64,000 bases of DNA from Marsupella aquatica (lineage: Eukaryota > Plantae > Marchantiophyta): the NCBI GenBank assembly GCA_973895155.1, contig OZ316892.1, positions 28,420,307 through 28,484,306 of the forward strand. The letters run 5' to 3'. A program made the position numbers and the translations under genes. This document shows positions 11,547 through 23,583 of the stretch, one piece after another (position 1 is the first letter of the stretch; every line of letters starts with the position of its first letter). The notes beneath the pieces are model-generated. The model worked only from the letters and a program-made list of their open reading frames with translations. It had not been told where the DNA came from and ran no database searches.

Positions 11547-14500
11547 CTAAGTGTACTTGTCCATCCTTTGGAGATAACTTTGGACAGTTTGTAGAACATT
11601 TCGAGGAATCTTCAAACCTATGCCAACCATGTTTTCTTCCTTCATTCCAGATTTAAAACCATACATTGCAGAATTTGCATACTGCCAATATTGAGTGTTC
11701 TCACCAAATCCTGGATCTCGTTCCCATGTCTTGGTGGACATGAAACAATTGAGATACCTAGCACTCTCACTCACATCAAGTTTAGAGTGTTTAGGCCTCC
11801 ACCATTCCACGGGGAACATTGGAGCATATTGTTGAGTCAAAGGAGGGTCTCTTGAAGATGCAATTGGGACTTCATGCTTAGGGTCCACCTGACCCAAAGC
11901 TCTCACCAACCAGAAATGACCTCCACCATTTTTCTTCTCCCAATCATCCTCGGGTCGAAGAAACACAAAGTTTCCTTCACAAATATCCTGGAGGAGAATC
12001 CACCGTCCTTGTTCTCTCTCAGCTCGAGATCCAACAAATGGTGCCGCTTGATCTTCCATCTCTTCCAAGACTTCATTTTGAAGAGTTTTCATCTCTGCAT
12101 TCTCCTCATCTTCACTTAGAGGACCCTGTTCGCATGCCGATTGGTTGACCTTGTAACCAGTGCCGTGGTTAGTCTTAGGCCAAAATCCATTTTTCAATGG
12201 AAATTGATTATTTCACTCCCCTTCCATTGCAAGCCCATTTGACAACAGCTCCACAATTCTTTCCCAATATTTAACAAGAGGAAATCTTTCCTTGTATGCT
12301 ATTGACGTCTCATCAATGCAACTCCTTCTCAAAAAATCAAGGTATTTGTTAAGGAATGGGATTATCTCTTCTGATTTTTTGTGTATGTCTCCTATGGATT
12401 TAGCTAAGGGTTGTCCACTGGGTAAAAAAAGAGAATTTGTTATTGGATCAGTTGCCCAAATGCACCTTCCGCCAACGGGAGCCCAAGCTTGCTTAACATG
12501 GGACTTATACTAAAATATTGGTACATTATCTCTCATAGAGAAAAGAAATGATACCGGTTTTGAGTGACCTTGAATATCTTTGACCTTAAAACTTTGAAGA
12601 TATTCTTTGTAAGATGCAACTTCTTGTATCAATCTTGGAACTGGATGAATGCTCTCACATTCCCAAACCTCTGCCATTAGTGCAGAAGGGTTGCAACTTC
12701 CTTGTGCTGAACTTGATATGATACCTTGGAAAATAGTGCATCAACATCTTCGTGCGTATGACCAACCATTAGAAAGGACATTTGAACAGTTTCAAATACT
12801 CCTCTACTCACAAGCTCCGAGCAAAATGCCATGACCGTTTGGTTTTTATTGTCCTTTGCTGAATTATCCATTTGCAATGTTAGGTGCCTTGGCAAGGGCA
12901 TGAACAACGGACTGCCCTTTTCACCACCCACATCCCCTCCATCATCCTCATCCTGTCGGGTTGGGATGGTCTCAGTCTGACTGTCAGTAGCTCCATCTTC
13001 AGAACCAATATACCTATTTACTTGAATATTCTTTGGTTCCAAATATCCCGACAAAAATGCATCAAAGTCAAGTAGGGCTTGAAAGAAAGGTCTGTGAGGT
13101 TCTCAATGCAAGCCATCAAGCATGTCACTTGTCTTGTCTCCATTGTACTCTTCAAGATCTCGAAGACCCTTAGCCAAGGATGTCACCGTGAAATCTGCAT
13201 CTTCTGGCCAAAGGCCAGTGACACTAAAGTGTGCATATACTCCTGGATCTCTCCCGTGGGTCAACATCCTCGTGAGAGCGATAGGTAGCGGCATTCCATG
13301 ACCCAAAAGTGATTTAGGAGTACTAACCATTTTTGGAATCCATGTCTTTGCTTGATCCATCTTGTTGTGAATAATGCAAAGATATTCTCCTGGATGTTGC
13401 TTGGCCATCACTCGATGAGCGTAGTAAACATATCTACGTGACATTTGCTCACGAAGATGTTGAGCTCTTTTTTCTTCAATTTTAGCACATTCTTTTTTCC
13501 TTCTCTCTCGCATCAAATTGTCTTTGTATTCACAACAAAGCGTACACTTGGCAAATGCGCCATCCTTGTGAAAACTGAAGTTTGCAAATGATGTGCTCCA
13601 TATCTTGTAGAGAGTGTTATTCGTTACAGGAGGAAGCACTTCTTCCTTCATCTTTGTTCTCACATCTTCCAAAATCTCTAACTTTTTGTAACACGCTGGA
13701 AGTCGATACTCAATGCTATCTGTCCCATGAGCCCCTCCATAAGGCATATGAGGCATTGGCTCTGCATTTTGAGTCAAAAATGCCTCTAGAAGAGCTCGCG
13801 CATGCAAGGTATTTGACTTTGTTTTCTTCAAGCCCGTGTTCCCATGGAACCCAATTTTGCAACCCTCCATGTATCTTCTCTTGTAATCATAATACTTGGT
13901 GTGACTAAAACCATGGATGGTTGCAAATGCATCTTTACAGATGACCATACCTTTGAGAACATGGTGTCCCTTATCACAAACATCATCCTCTCTGTAGTGG
14001 AAGAGGTTGAAAATGTGTGATGTTTTGGACTTGCTAGACATCCCGTGAAATTCCATTCTAACATCTTCTATATCTTCCCTTGGCATAATGAGACAACATT
14101 TATGCTTGCAACAATTTACTCTTTTGATCTCGTCAATTGCGGCTTCTGTTGTTTTTGAAACTGCCTTGGTTTGCAAGAGCCTCCTTTTCTTCTCAACAGG
14201 ATCAACTTGATTCCTCTTGTTGAAGTTATATGGCCTTTGACGACATCCGGATGCGGATCCAACCACAAGATCCGGATTCAGATCATCCCTATCCATTGAC
14301 TCCATATTCTCTGTACCTTCCACCAGAATGTTTGACAAAAATTTTCCAGTTGCTACTAGTTTTGTGTGATCAATTTGCCATCGAACCAAACTAATTACTC
14401 CTTTGTGAATGCTTGGAAAGTATTGTGATTCCATGACATCTTTCACAGCAACCCCTACATAGTCTTCTCCCAGGATTTCATCATCAACAGCCGCCGTTGC

Positions 14501-15338
14501 TTGAGGCACAATGATAGTCCCAGTGGCAACCTTACTCAATTGTCTTGAACCAATGTATAATTCGACCAACTCTGACATCCAGTTGGACCGTTGGTAATAA
14601 TCATAATGAGTTTTGGTCGATTTTGTTGATGGAGAATGTGAGACAAAACTCTCCTCAATTAAAACGTCGCCATCACCTTGCTTCTTAGAGGAAGACTTTC
14701 TAGCTTCATCAACATTCCAACCTTTTTTATGAACATCGGCCAAGTCCCAGAGAACCCATGAGTCTTTTGCCTCTTCAATTGTTTCAGCCCCATTGTGTAT
14801 GTAAGGTAAAGCCTTACTACCATGAATAACATCAGTGATTTTCACACTGATCCGAGACTCACCATGCAAGTAATATGTTGTGACATCGGTCCTTTGGATT
14901 TACCTTGAAAATAACTCCAAGGGCTACACAACACCCATCAATGAGCATTTCAACCTCGTCCCCTTGCCTTAGAGTGTTTGATGCATCCTCCATAACAATT
15001 GTAGGAGATTTATCCAAGTTATTATCTGGTTGAGTTGAACAACTACCAGTACTGATGCGTTTTTGGGAATCTGGAGTTATAGAGAGATACGCGCACAAGA
15101 TCTCCCAAATAACACATGAGTCAATGGCATCGAAAAGATTTTCTACCCTTGACAATGGAAATGGTAGTTTTTGAGTTGGCTCGAAAACCTTCTCCACGAG
15201 CACACCAATTCGATTATCTCCCAACAATATGTTGTGCACCCTATCCTGGGGGTTAATTTTCTGAACTGTCCCAGAACCGTCATCATATCCATCAATTGTC
15301 AAGGTCACATCATCACCTCTTGAAAACCTTCCAGTCAT
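11547..15338 (-). pseudogene. Sola-like transposase, disrupted
   Basis: ORF pieces 14859-15362, 13103-14869, 12677-13054 and 11547-12197 join into one protein: CCKHKC, FAKCTLC, IIHNKMDQ (expected first Asp appears as Asn), LQMDNSAKDNKN, FLMVGHTHEDVDALFS; frameshifts and stops present. Confidence 0.8.
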
Positions 15339-15477
15339 TCTCGGATTTAGTAACCTGCACAATTTTCAGAAAAACCATCACAAATCCGAATGACGAGAAT
15401 TTGAAGAGACTCACAATTATCCATACGGTCATTTGATTGCCATTCCGCGAATCCAAACGTTGACTCAACTATCACGC

Positions 15478-16275
15478 TTGGATTGGGGTGGTCCAAATCA
15501 AAACCACAAAGATTGTATTCTGAAGGTCAAATTTAAGCATAGCGCTTGAATTGGGATGGTCCGAATCCAAACCAACCTCTATCCAACACACCCTCTTAGA
15601 TTTGGATGGTCTGAATCCAAACCCAGATTGGATCCCAAAGGTCCCAATTCAACAAACGCGCTTGGATTGGGATGGTCCGAATCCAAACCCAGATTGTATT
15701 TCAAAGGTCCCAATTTAAGCATCGGGCTTGGATTCAGATGGTCCGAATCCAAAACCAAATTGTATTTCAAAGGTCCGAATCCAACCCACCATCTTGGATT
15801 CAGATGGTCCGAATCCAAACACAGATTGGATCCCGAAGGTCCCAATTCAACAAACCGGCTTGGATTGGGATGGTTCGAATCCAAACCCAGATTGTATTTC
15901 AAAGGTCCCAATTTAAGCATCGGGCTTGGATTCGGATGGTCCGAATCCAAAACCAAATTGTATTTCAAACGCCCCAATTCAACCATCGTGCTTGGATTGG
16001 GATGGTCCGAATCCAAACCGAGATTGGAGACCCAATTTAAGCATTGCACGCTTGGATTCAGATGGTCCAAATCCAACACACACTCTTGGATTCGGATGGT
16101 CCGAATCCAACACACCCTTTTGGATTCGGATGGTCCGAATTCAAACCAAGATTGGATTCTGATCAGATGGTCCCAATCCTAAAAAATGGATTGGATTCGG
16201 ATCATCCAAATCCAAACAACAATCTAGGATTGGGACCATTCCAATCCACACATCAAGTTTGGATTCAGATGGTCT
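15478..16275. repeat. Array of the 25-bp palindrome TTGGATTCGGA-TGG-TCCGAATCCAA (~33/66-bp period)
   Basis: 11-bp stem with 3-nt loop repeated with degenerate alternates; isolated copies at 17604-17628, 17943-17967, 17977-18001 and 19742-19766. Confidence 0.9.
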
Positions 16276-17033
16276 AACTTCACAATGAAGATTATGTTGA
16301 GATGGATATATTGAGATTGAGATCTCTTCCTAATCAAATTTAGACATTCCGGGTTTTTCGGAACATTGGGTAATTCGTGAAATAATAATTGGGAAGTCAC
16401 TAGAATGCAGAACAAAGTGAAAGGGTTCGTCTCTCTTCCCTAAGAACTCAAAATAAGCAAAGCGACTAAGACCATAACTCACCTTAGCAGTCTTGTTTTT
16501 CCAGTATGTCTCCAAGGTTGGCTCTGCTACCTCTAAATTGATGAATAAGCTCATATCAAACTGACTAAGAAAGCTATCAAAGCCACTTCAAGTCTAAACT
16601 CCATCAGAGAGAAGAGTTGAGGAGGAGTTGCGCAGACCTGGATGCCCAAGTGAAGATATGAAACTAAAACAACAATGATGTCTGTAGAGTACCTCTTATA
16701 CTCGTGGGTTGGTATGTTTGGCCCTGAATGTGCGATCCGATAAGGTTGAGGCAACACCGAGTATCGCAGTTAGAACAATCATCCAATCCTTTTTCAATCC
16801 ATTGTGTCAAACAATATAGCTAGCGTCCCACCCAAACTGATAGGACCAGATCCCTTCTCGGTCTCTATCCGTACAGAGATCATCCGTACAACCATCATCC
16901 GTACGCAAACAAGCCTTTCAAGAGGGGGTAAAGGGAGGACGAGGTCTTCCACAGACCTCATTGTTGTTTCGCTCTCAGTCGCTCCTCACTCTCGCTCCTT
17001 GCTCTTGCTCCTCGCTCTTGGCTGGCTGCCGCC

Positions 17034-17319
17034 CTCAGGGGGTTAACTTAGTGTATATTTTGGGGTACCACATGCGATCCTAGCCTAATATAAACACACC
17101 TATTTTATAATGGGAATATTCTAAAAATATTCTCTATTTTCAATACTAATGACTTATTTTCTTTATAAAAGGTATATATTAGAGAATATTCTATAAATAT
17201 AGGTTTATAATACCTTCTTTTGCTTCCTACACTTTTTAAAAATTTAGCTAATTTATATGAAAAATACATATTTTGGATCGCACGTGGTTCCTAAGATTGT
17301 TGATAGTCAACCCCCCGAG
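17034..17319. mobile_element. MITE with CTC(A/G)GGGG ends, 8-bp TSD
   Basis: TIR CTCAGGGGGTTAACT / AGTCAACCCCCCGAG; perfect TSD CTGCCGCC; AT-rich interior. Confidence 0.9.
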
Positions 17320-17640
17320 CTGCCGCCGCTATCCCTTGCCCTTGCCCTAATTGCCTTCTTGCCCTAATCTGCTGCAACGCCCTAGATCTTGCCCATCTTG
17401 ACGTGTCCTCAGTATATCCTGCCATGTGTCACTCCTAAAAATGGAAGTTGCCAAGAAAACCGTCATCGTCCTGCCGAAGAATTTGATGACTTGGATCTCT
17501 CCTCTGTCAGTGATCTTGTGGCCCTAGCGCTTGGGGATTCCCAAGAATTTCAATCACAAGTCCAAAGTAAGTTTTTGGAGGTTTATTCATGCATCTTAAG
17601 TTGTTGGATTCGGACCATCCGAATCCAAGTGGCTTGATTG

Positions 17641-17937
17641 CTCGGGGGTCTCACTATATGGGGACCTCCCCATCGCCTGCGACGTTTTTAGGCCTCAGAC
17701 CCCCTAAAATGTAAGAATTTTTTAAAAATTTTTAACCCCTATAAAGTTGGAATATTCTTGGAATATTCTAAAAATTGGATTAAAAAGACCCTAATATTCT
17801 TATAAGTCTCAAAATTGAATTTAAAAGACCCTATTGTTCTTCTACAAAAATTCTTAAGTCTTCCCTTAGAACCAATAAAATGACCCTATCCTTCGTCGCA
17901 TGTGATATGCCATTTTTGTGGAAGTGAAACCCCCGAG
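17641..17937. mobile_element. MITE with CTCGGGG ends, 8-bp TSD
   Basis: TIR CTCGGGGGTCTCAC / GTGAAACCCCCGAG; perfect TSD CTTGATTG. Confidence 0.9.
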
Positions 17938-18024
17938 CTTGATTGGATTCGGACCATCCAAATCTAACAGGGTTGATTGGATTCGGATGGTCCGAATCCA
18001 AGAGCCCTCAATCTCACTTTGACA

Positions 18025-21000
18025 ATGATTTTTTGAAACGAATTTCATGGATTTGAAGTCTAATATGAATTTACACTCTCCAATGCAGAGAGTGATTTGG
18101 TGAATACAACTCTCGCCATTTCAGAGGCAAACTGCGACGATGGGCTCATTTTGGAGGACTGCGATCCAGGATTTTGGTGGGGACTTGAGTTCTCGCGAGT
18201 AAACTTTCGCCTGAATTCATTTAACATTTGGGATCCAATGTTATGTGTCAAGATCAGGACAGGCAACAACCAAACATTGGTCATCGGACCCATGGTCTCT
18301 ATGGGAATGATAGGAAGAGGAATGAATTCTATAATTGTAGAGGTGTTGGACACGATGAGGTGGGCAAAGTTGCAGCTCCCGTCAAAGGCTTTCTCGGCCG
18401 AGTTCAATGTGGAATGGTATGCAAGTGGGGAATTAAGTGTGTTGTCGATGGGATTCTTTCCAAAATCCTACACAAAGGAGAAGATTATTGGAGGACTGAA
18501 CGGAATGCTTCCTTTGGACATTTTTTATGGGTTTCTTTATTTGAAACTCAACATTGTAAACAACCCATCAAAGTTCTCTCTTCCATCCACATGGACTCTT
18601 AACAATTTGCTTGAGAAAGCAGGTCTGGTGTCACCAGACTCAAATGTTTGGATCGCCAAGGCACTAGCCTTTGCACACACGCTTGACCTGGAAAAAGAAA
18701 ATCTATGGGTAGAGTCTTTGGTGAAGTTGAGGAAAAGTACACAACCACAGAACATAATTGAGTCTACGCCAGCCAAAGGAACTCCAACAACTACGACGGA
18801 GACAGCACAAACTAATACAGCAACAACCATGGATAGAGCGGCAGGGAAGCGAAAGCAGAGGGAGAGGAAGCTTCCGGTGGAGAAACCTACTTCAGTTGAG
18901 AAGAAGATCACGGCTCCAACTGAGAAGAAGAAGCTTCCAGCCGAGAAGAAGTCGAGGGAGAAGAAGAAACAAAAAACCGACACCGTAGTTGTGAATTCAA
19001 CTCCTGTAGATTTTTCATTACATGTTGAAGATGAGGGTGATAGGCCACATGCTCCAGAGGAGAAAGACGTCTTAGAAGGGAATGAAGTTCTTCAACAAAT
19101 GGAGCAGTACTATACTTTTGGGATAAACAAAAATTTTCTGATCCCAATTGAAAGTATTTTTGTTGCACCAGCGAGACTGTGCTATCGGATGATGAATTTT
19201 GATCATGTGCAAGACATTGCTGATTCCATGATCAAAACACCTGGGCATGAGCCACATGTCGTTGATTTGATTCCTTTTAACGTCGAGCGAAGAAAGGTAC
19301 TCCACTTTGAGAATACAGAGTCGGACCGGAAGGATTTTTTGGCCGGAGTGAAAAAGGGCGAGGTCCAATTTCTAGCCGTTAGTGGTCAGCACTCTGCGAG
19401 AGCTGCAAGATGGATTCATGATTGGGCAACAAAGGATGCCAAGCTCACCCAGTTGGCCAAGAAGTTAGAATTCAGGAAATCCAGAATATTGTCTGATCGC
19501 ACACCGTCTTCAATTCTTGTTGAGCACTCCATGAGATTGAACGCCATCAATAGCACGATGGTGTTTCAGTCTTGCTTTAAAGATACAGTTGTCCATGCGA
19601 GGCGGCAGTTTGTTGAATGTGGAAATCCAAACAAACCAAAACATGGCGACAACAAAACAAATGCTCAAGACAACCAAAACTTTCAGGTAAGAAATGTGAT
19701 TACTTTGTGTGCATTTCTCTACCATAGAGAGTAATTCTATTTTGGATTCAGATGGTCTCAATCCAACACGATTTGTCAAAGAGTATTGGAACTTTTGGAA
19801 TGTTTAGTATGAGTTTTGTTTTTGATTGACCATCCGAATCCAAAACTATTATCGCACATTAGAATCCTTTTTTTCCAACCCTAACTTGAGTTGGGGATAA
19901 CTGACTAGCTTTCCTTTTGGATTGTAGGATTGGTTGGCTCTGGCAAGAATGACTATGGGCAGGAAGGACTTGCGAAATGTATACTGGCTACTTTTTGCGG
20001 ACAACGATCTTTTTGAGTTGTGGCGGTTAGTCTGTGAGATGTGGTTGCATGGGAAACTTCCTGATGGAGCTGGGTGGAAGGAAATAACAAGTCCAAAAAA
20101 GCAATTACCACTGCCATGTTTCGTCCCTTTGATGGTGAGTTGATCTCACAGAAAGATATCACAAAAATCCTGACACAAGTGAAGTCAGGAAAGGCATTGC
20201 TGAAGAAAGATGCCACAAATAAATCTGACATACCCTCAATAGAGGAGCTTGCAAAGGTGTGAAAAAAGTGAGGAAGCTCAAGTCTCTCATTGAAGAGTAC
20301 TACTTCGGCAAGGATCCAAGGAATTTCCTGTCGGATACCGACTAGAAGAAAGTAGTAGAGGTTCTGCAGCTGCCATTGTTGAGTGTTGATGCAAAATTCA
20401 GTAGATGCAGAAGAGCGGCTGGTGAAGTTTTTTTGTCAAATCTGTTGAAGCCAAATCATACCAGGGAGAGTGCAATCTTGCCAATAGCTCTGGTGATGCG
20501 CCTTGATGACATTTATTGCAAGAAGTTTGGCGGAGGGACACATTCTCGGAGCCAACCGTGGGTCACGTTCTTTAGTGACAATCTAATAAAAACAGTTGAT
20601 CCACCAGCAATAGAAGAATCATCTCCAACGTGCTCACTTGCCATTGTTGACTTCAGTCGAGATCACCAGAAGCTGTGGATGGAAGCAGAAGTTTTGGTCT
20701 TTCTGCAATACATTGTGGAGCTACCACAAAATGTTACAATCGTTGTAGCCATAACTGTTCATCCGGGGCCTCTTGCAATGAATGTCCTAAGCTCACTTCA
20801 AAAATTGGGACAAGAGAAATCTCTCACCATTCACATTGAGTATGGGAGTTATTCTCAAGAGGATCAACCGCACCCGCTTGATTCGTGTTGGGGAGGCAGA
20901 ATTGAAGAAGTTATATTTGCAGGAATTTCTTGAGATGAAAATGTCAATTGGAATGATGTTTTCAAACCCAATCACCCAAAGCCAAAATTCTTTTTTGGTT

Positions 21001-23583
21001 CAAAAGATACTGATTTTGAGGTCACCAAGATTGACATTGGGAAGGCGAAGGTTGACACAGACGACGTGTCAAAACCCGGAGATCTAAAAATGATGCTGAC
21101 CCCAGAAGAGGCGACCAAGGTTTTGCACATGGCCCCTCGATTTGAGATAGTTGGTGCTCATGGTGGTTGGGTGAATCCACATGCCAAACCCACGCGGATG
21201 ATACAGAGGATTATTGAATCCTTGTTAGAAGCTGGAGACTTGATTCTTGATTTTTTCTCGGGTGGTCAAGTGATGAAGACAACATGCTTGGTGCAACGCG
21301 AATGCTTTGTTTATTGTGACTCTCAAGATGAGAGACACTTTGTGGAAGCGTATGCTTCATTCCTTTGCGAGAGGGTCCCCTCAATCAAGGAAAATTGGGA
21401 TCCTCGTGGTGGGAGTTCTAGGCATTGGAAACCCACTATTGCGGATGTTTCTGCCGGACATGAATCAGCTGATAATTCCGAAGAAGTGGGCGCTAAGTCA
21501 GTCAAAGATGATGGAGCATTAGAGGTGGCGTATGCAAAGAATTTGGATGACCGTGTAGGTCAAAGTGAAAGCATAGAACCCTACGATGTTGATGATAACG
21601 TTGGTCTTGCACCACGCCCTTCATCAGGTGCAGATGACGTCCCTTTGGAACCCTATGAAGTTGAGGTTGATGACAACTTGGACAAGGATGGTCTCAATCC
21701 AAATGTGGTGCAACGAGAAACAGACGGAATTGGAGAACCGATTGACATTGATACATTTGAAAATCGTTCGTCAACCAATTTGGTCACTGACGGTGGAGAC
21801 AGGCGGGTCAATTTGAATGAAGCTGACACCCAAGAATTGATTCCCGGAACCACTTTTGAAGTACGTGAGATTCCCATGACCCCAGAAGCCCGTGCATCAG
21901 CGGCTGTTGACAACCAGGCAGGTGCTTCAATTTGTCCTGACACACTCTTTTCAGCTTCTGATGACAAATTGGTTTTTGTTCGTTCACACTCGGGAAGTCC
22001 AGTTGTCCTTCCTCTCTCAAAGAAAAAAGGGAATAGAGTTGGATCAACCGGATGGAGGTCACTTGAACGTGATGCACGATGTTATGTGTGGAAAAGTGGG
22101 CCAAATAGAGGCCAAGAAGTTTCATTGGATGCTGCTCCATCGATTCTTAACAGGAAGGAGTATAAGAGAGGAGAATTGGGATTGATAACTCCTGTTTGGA
22201 CGTAACCTTATTGGGTAGAACAAAGTACTTCAGATGTCAATTTTGAAATCCAAGAGGAGATGGGTGTTGACATTATTGATGAATACATATCTCTTTTTTC
22301 AGACTGAGATCAAACCGTCTGACTTTCCATTTTTTCATACCAATCTAAAATACTTCTCGGTCTCACAGAATGCGGTCAGCAATTAGAGCCTCAATATCCA
22401 CCTACGCTCTTTGGGGCTTCTAAAAATGGTATGTCAGTAGGTTTTCTTTGTTGTTAGTCATTGTCTTGTATTTTTGGACTGAGACAATCTCAGTCCAAAG
22501 TTCAAATTTGGTTTTCTTTCTAAGAGTTGTATTTGTTGCACTTGCAGAATCGAGACCTTGTCCCATCAAGCGGAAGTTGCTGATTTTGGATCTTAACAAA
22601 ATACTTTGGGATTCACTTGCATTCCAAAGCAAGGGCAAATCCAGAAACATTGTGACCCCAAATGGAGTGCATTGGGATAGATCAAATGGATCTAGTCGCA
22701 TGTATATAGAGAGGCCAGGGCTCCATGAGTTTCTAAAGTTGGGTTTTGACCGGTTTGACGTTGCAATTTGGACATGTGCTGGTATGCCGCGGACAGTGAA
22801 AATGTTGAACATGATGTTCACTGTTGAGGAGCGGTTGAAACTGAAGTTTGTATTCACACAGGTGGAAGCCTTTGACACAGGCATTCAAAGGCGTGACATT
22901 ACAAATGGAAAGGCAAATGTGCTATTGAAGGATTTTCGGGTGGTATGGAGTGCATTTGGAAATCTATATGATGAAACAACACACTCCTTGTGGATGACTC
23001 CCCCTTGAAGGCATTTGCCAACCCAGACATGACCGGACTATTTCCAGTGCCCTACACGCATGCCAATCGTGGAGACAATTTTCTTCTAACAATTCTTTGG
23101 CCATGTCTTGAGAAACTGTCACATGCAAGTGACATTTGTTGTTATCTTCTCCTAAACTCTCCAAAGTGGTCTCTATTGCACATTAAGAGAGACAAGGCAA
23201 AAAATGAGATTACTTATGATCAACTTAGTAAGAGATGTGCTAAAAAAATTTGGAAGTCATAGTATAGGCATAGTGTGCTAGACCTCAATAGCAATGAGAT
23301 TCCTTGGGCTGTGAAGCACCATATATGTAGCTTACGTCCTGAGGTGGAACTTGACGATGCATTTGTCACCTCACTTGCTAGATCATTTGTAGGATGGGAA
23401 TATTCAGGTCTGTATAGAGAAAATCCCAGACACTTTTTGCGGGAGATTATAGCAGTTAGGAACAACACCACCAAATTTCATCTCCCTGAAGATAAAGGGA
23501 GTTGCAACCGTGACATTAGGGTAGATAGTAAAGGAGACAAGGGCACGTGCTCAAATAAATATTGTAAGGAGCACTTTGTTTAG
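18025..23583 (+). pseudogene. Transposon cargo: ParB/Srx-like + beta-class DNA amino-methyltransferase-like + FCP1/NIF HAD phosphatase fusion, degenerate
   Basis: Predicted exons 18025-19686, 19928-22428, 22548-23583 (GTAAGA..TAG and GTATGT..CAG introns, phases compatible). Motifs: IPIESIFV...DHVQDIADSM...AVSGQHSARAA (19381); HAKPTRMIQRIIESLLEAGDLILDFFSGG (G at 21234); LLILDLNKIL, ERPGLHEFL, FDVAIWT, KDF, LLVDDSPLK. Several stops and frameshifts. Confidence 0.7.

Noticed and set aside
12740-12780. GHTH read as the HUH motif of a Helitron/Replitron
   Set aside because: It lies within the D..DN..NKN..GHTH..D pattern, and the element has TIRs and a 4-bp TSD, indicating cut-and-paste chemistry.
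15478-16275. CRISPR array
   Set aside because: Spacers are degenerate copies of each other and of the repeat; no cas genes; eukaryotic spliced context.
15556-16277. ORFs of 77-208 aa on both strands
   Set aside because: Translations of the palindromic tandem repeat.
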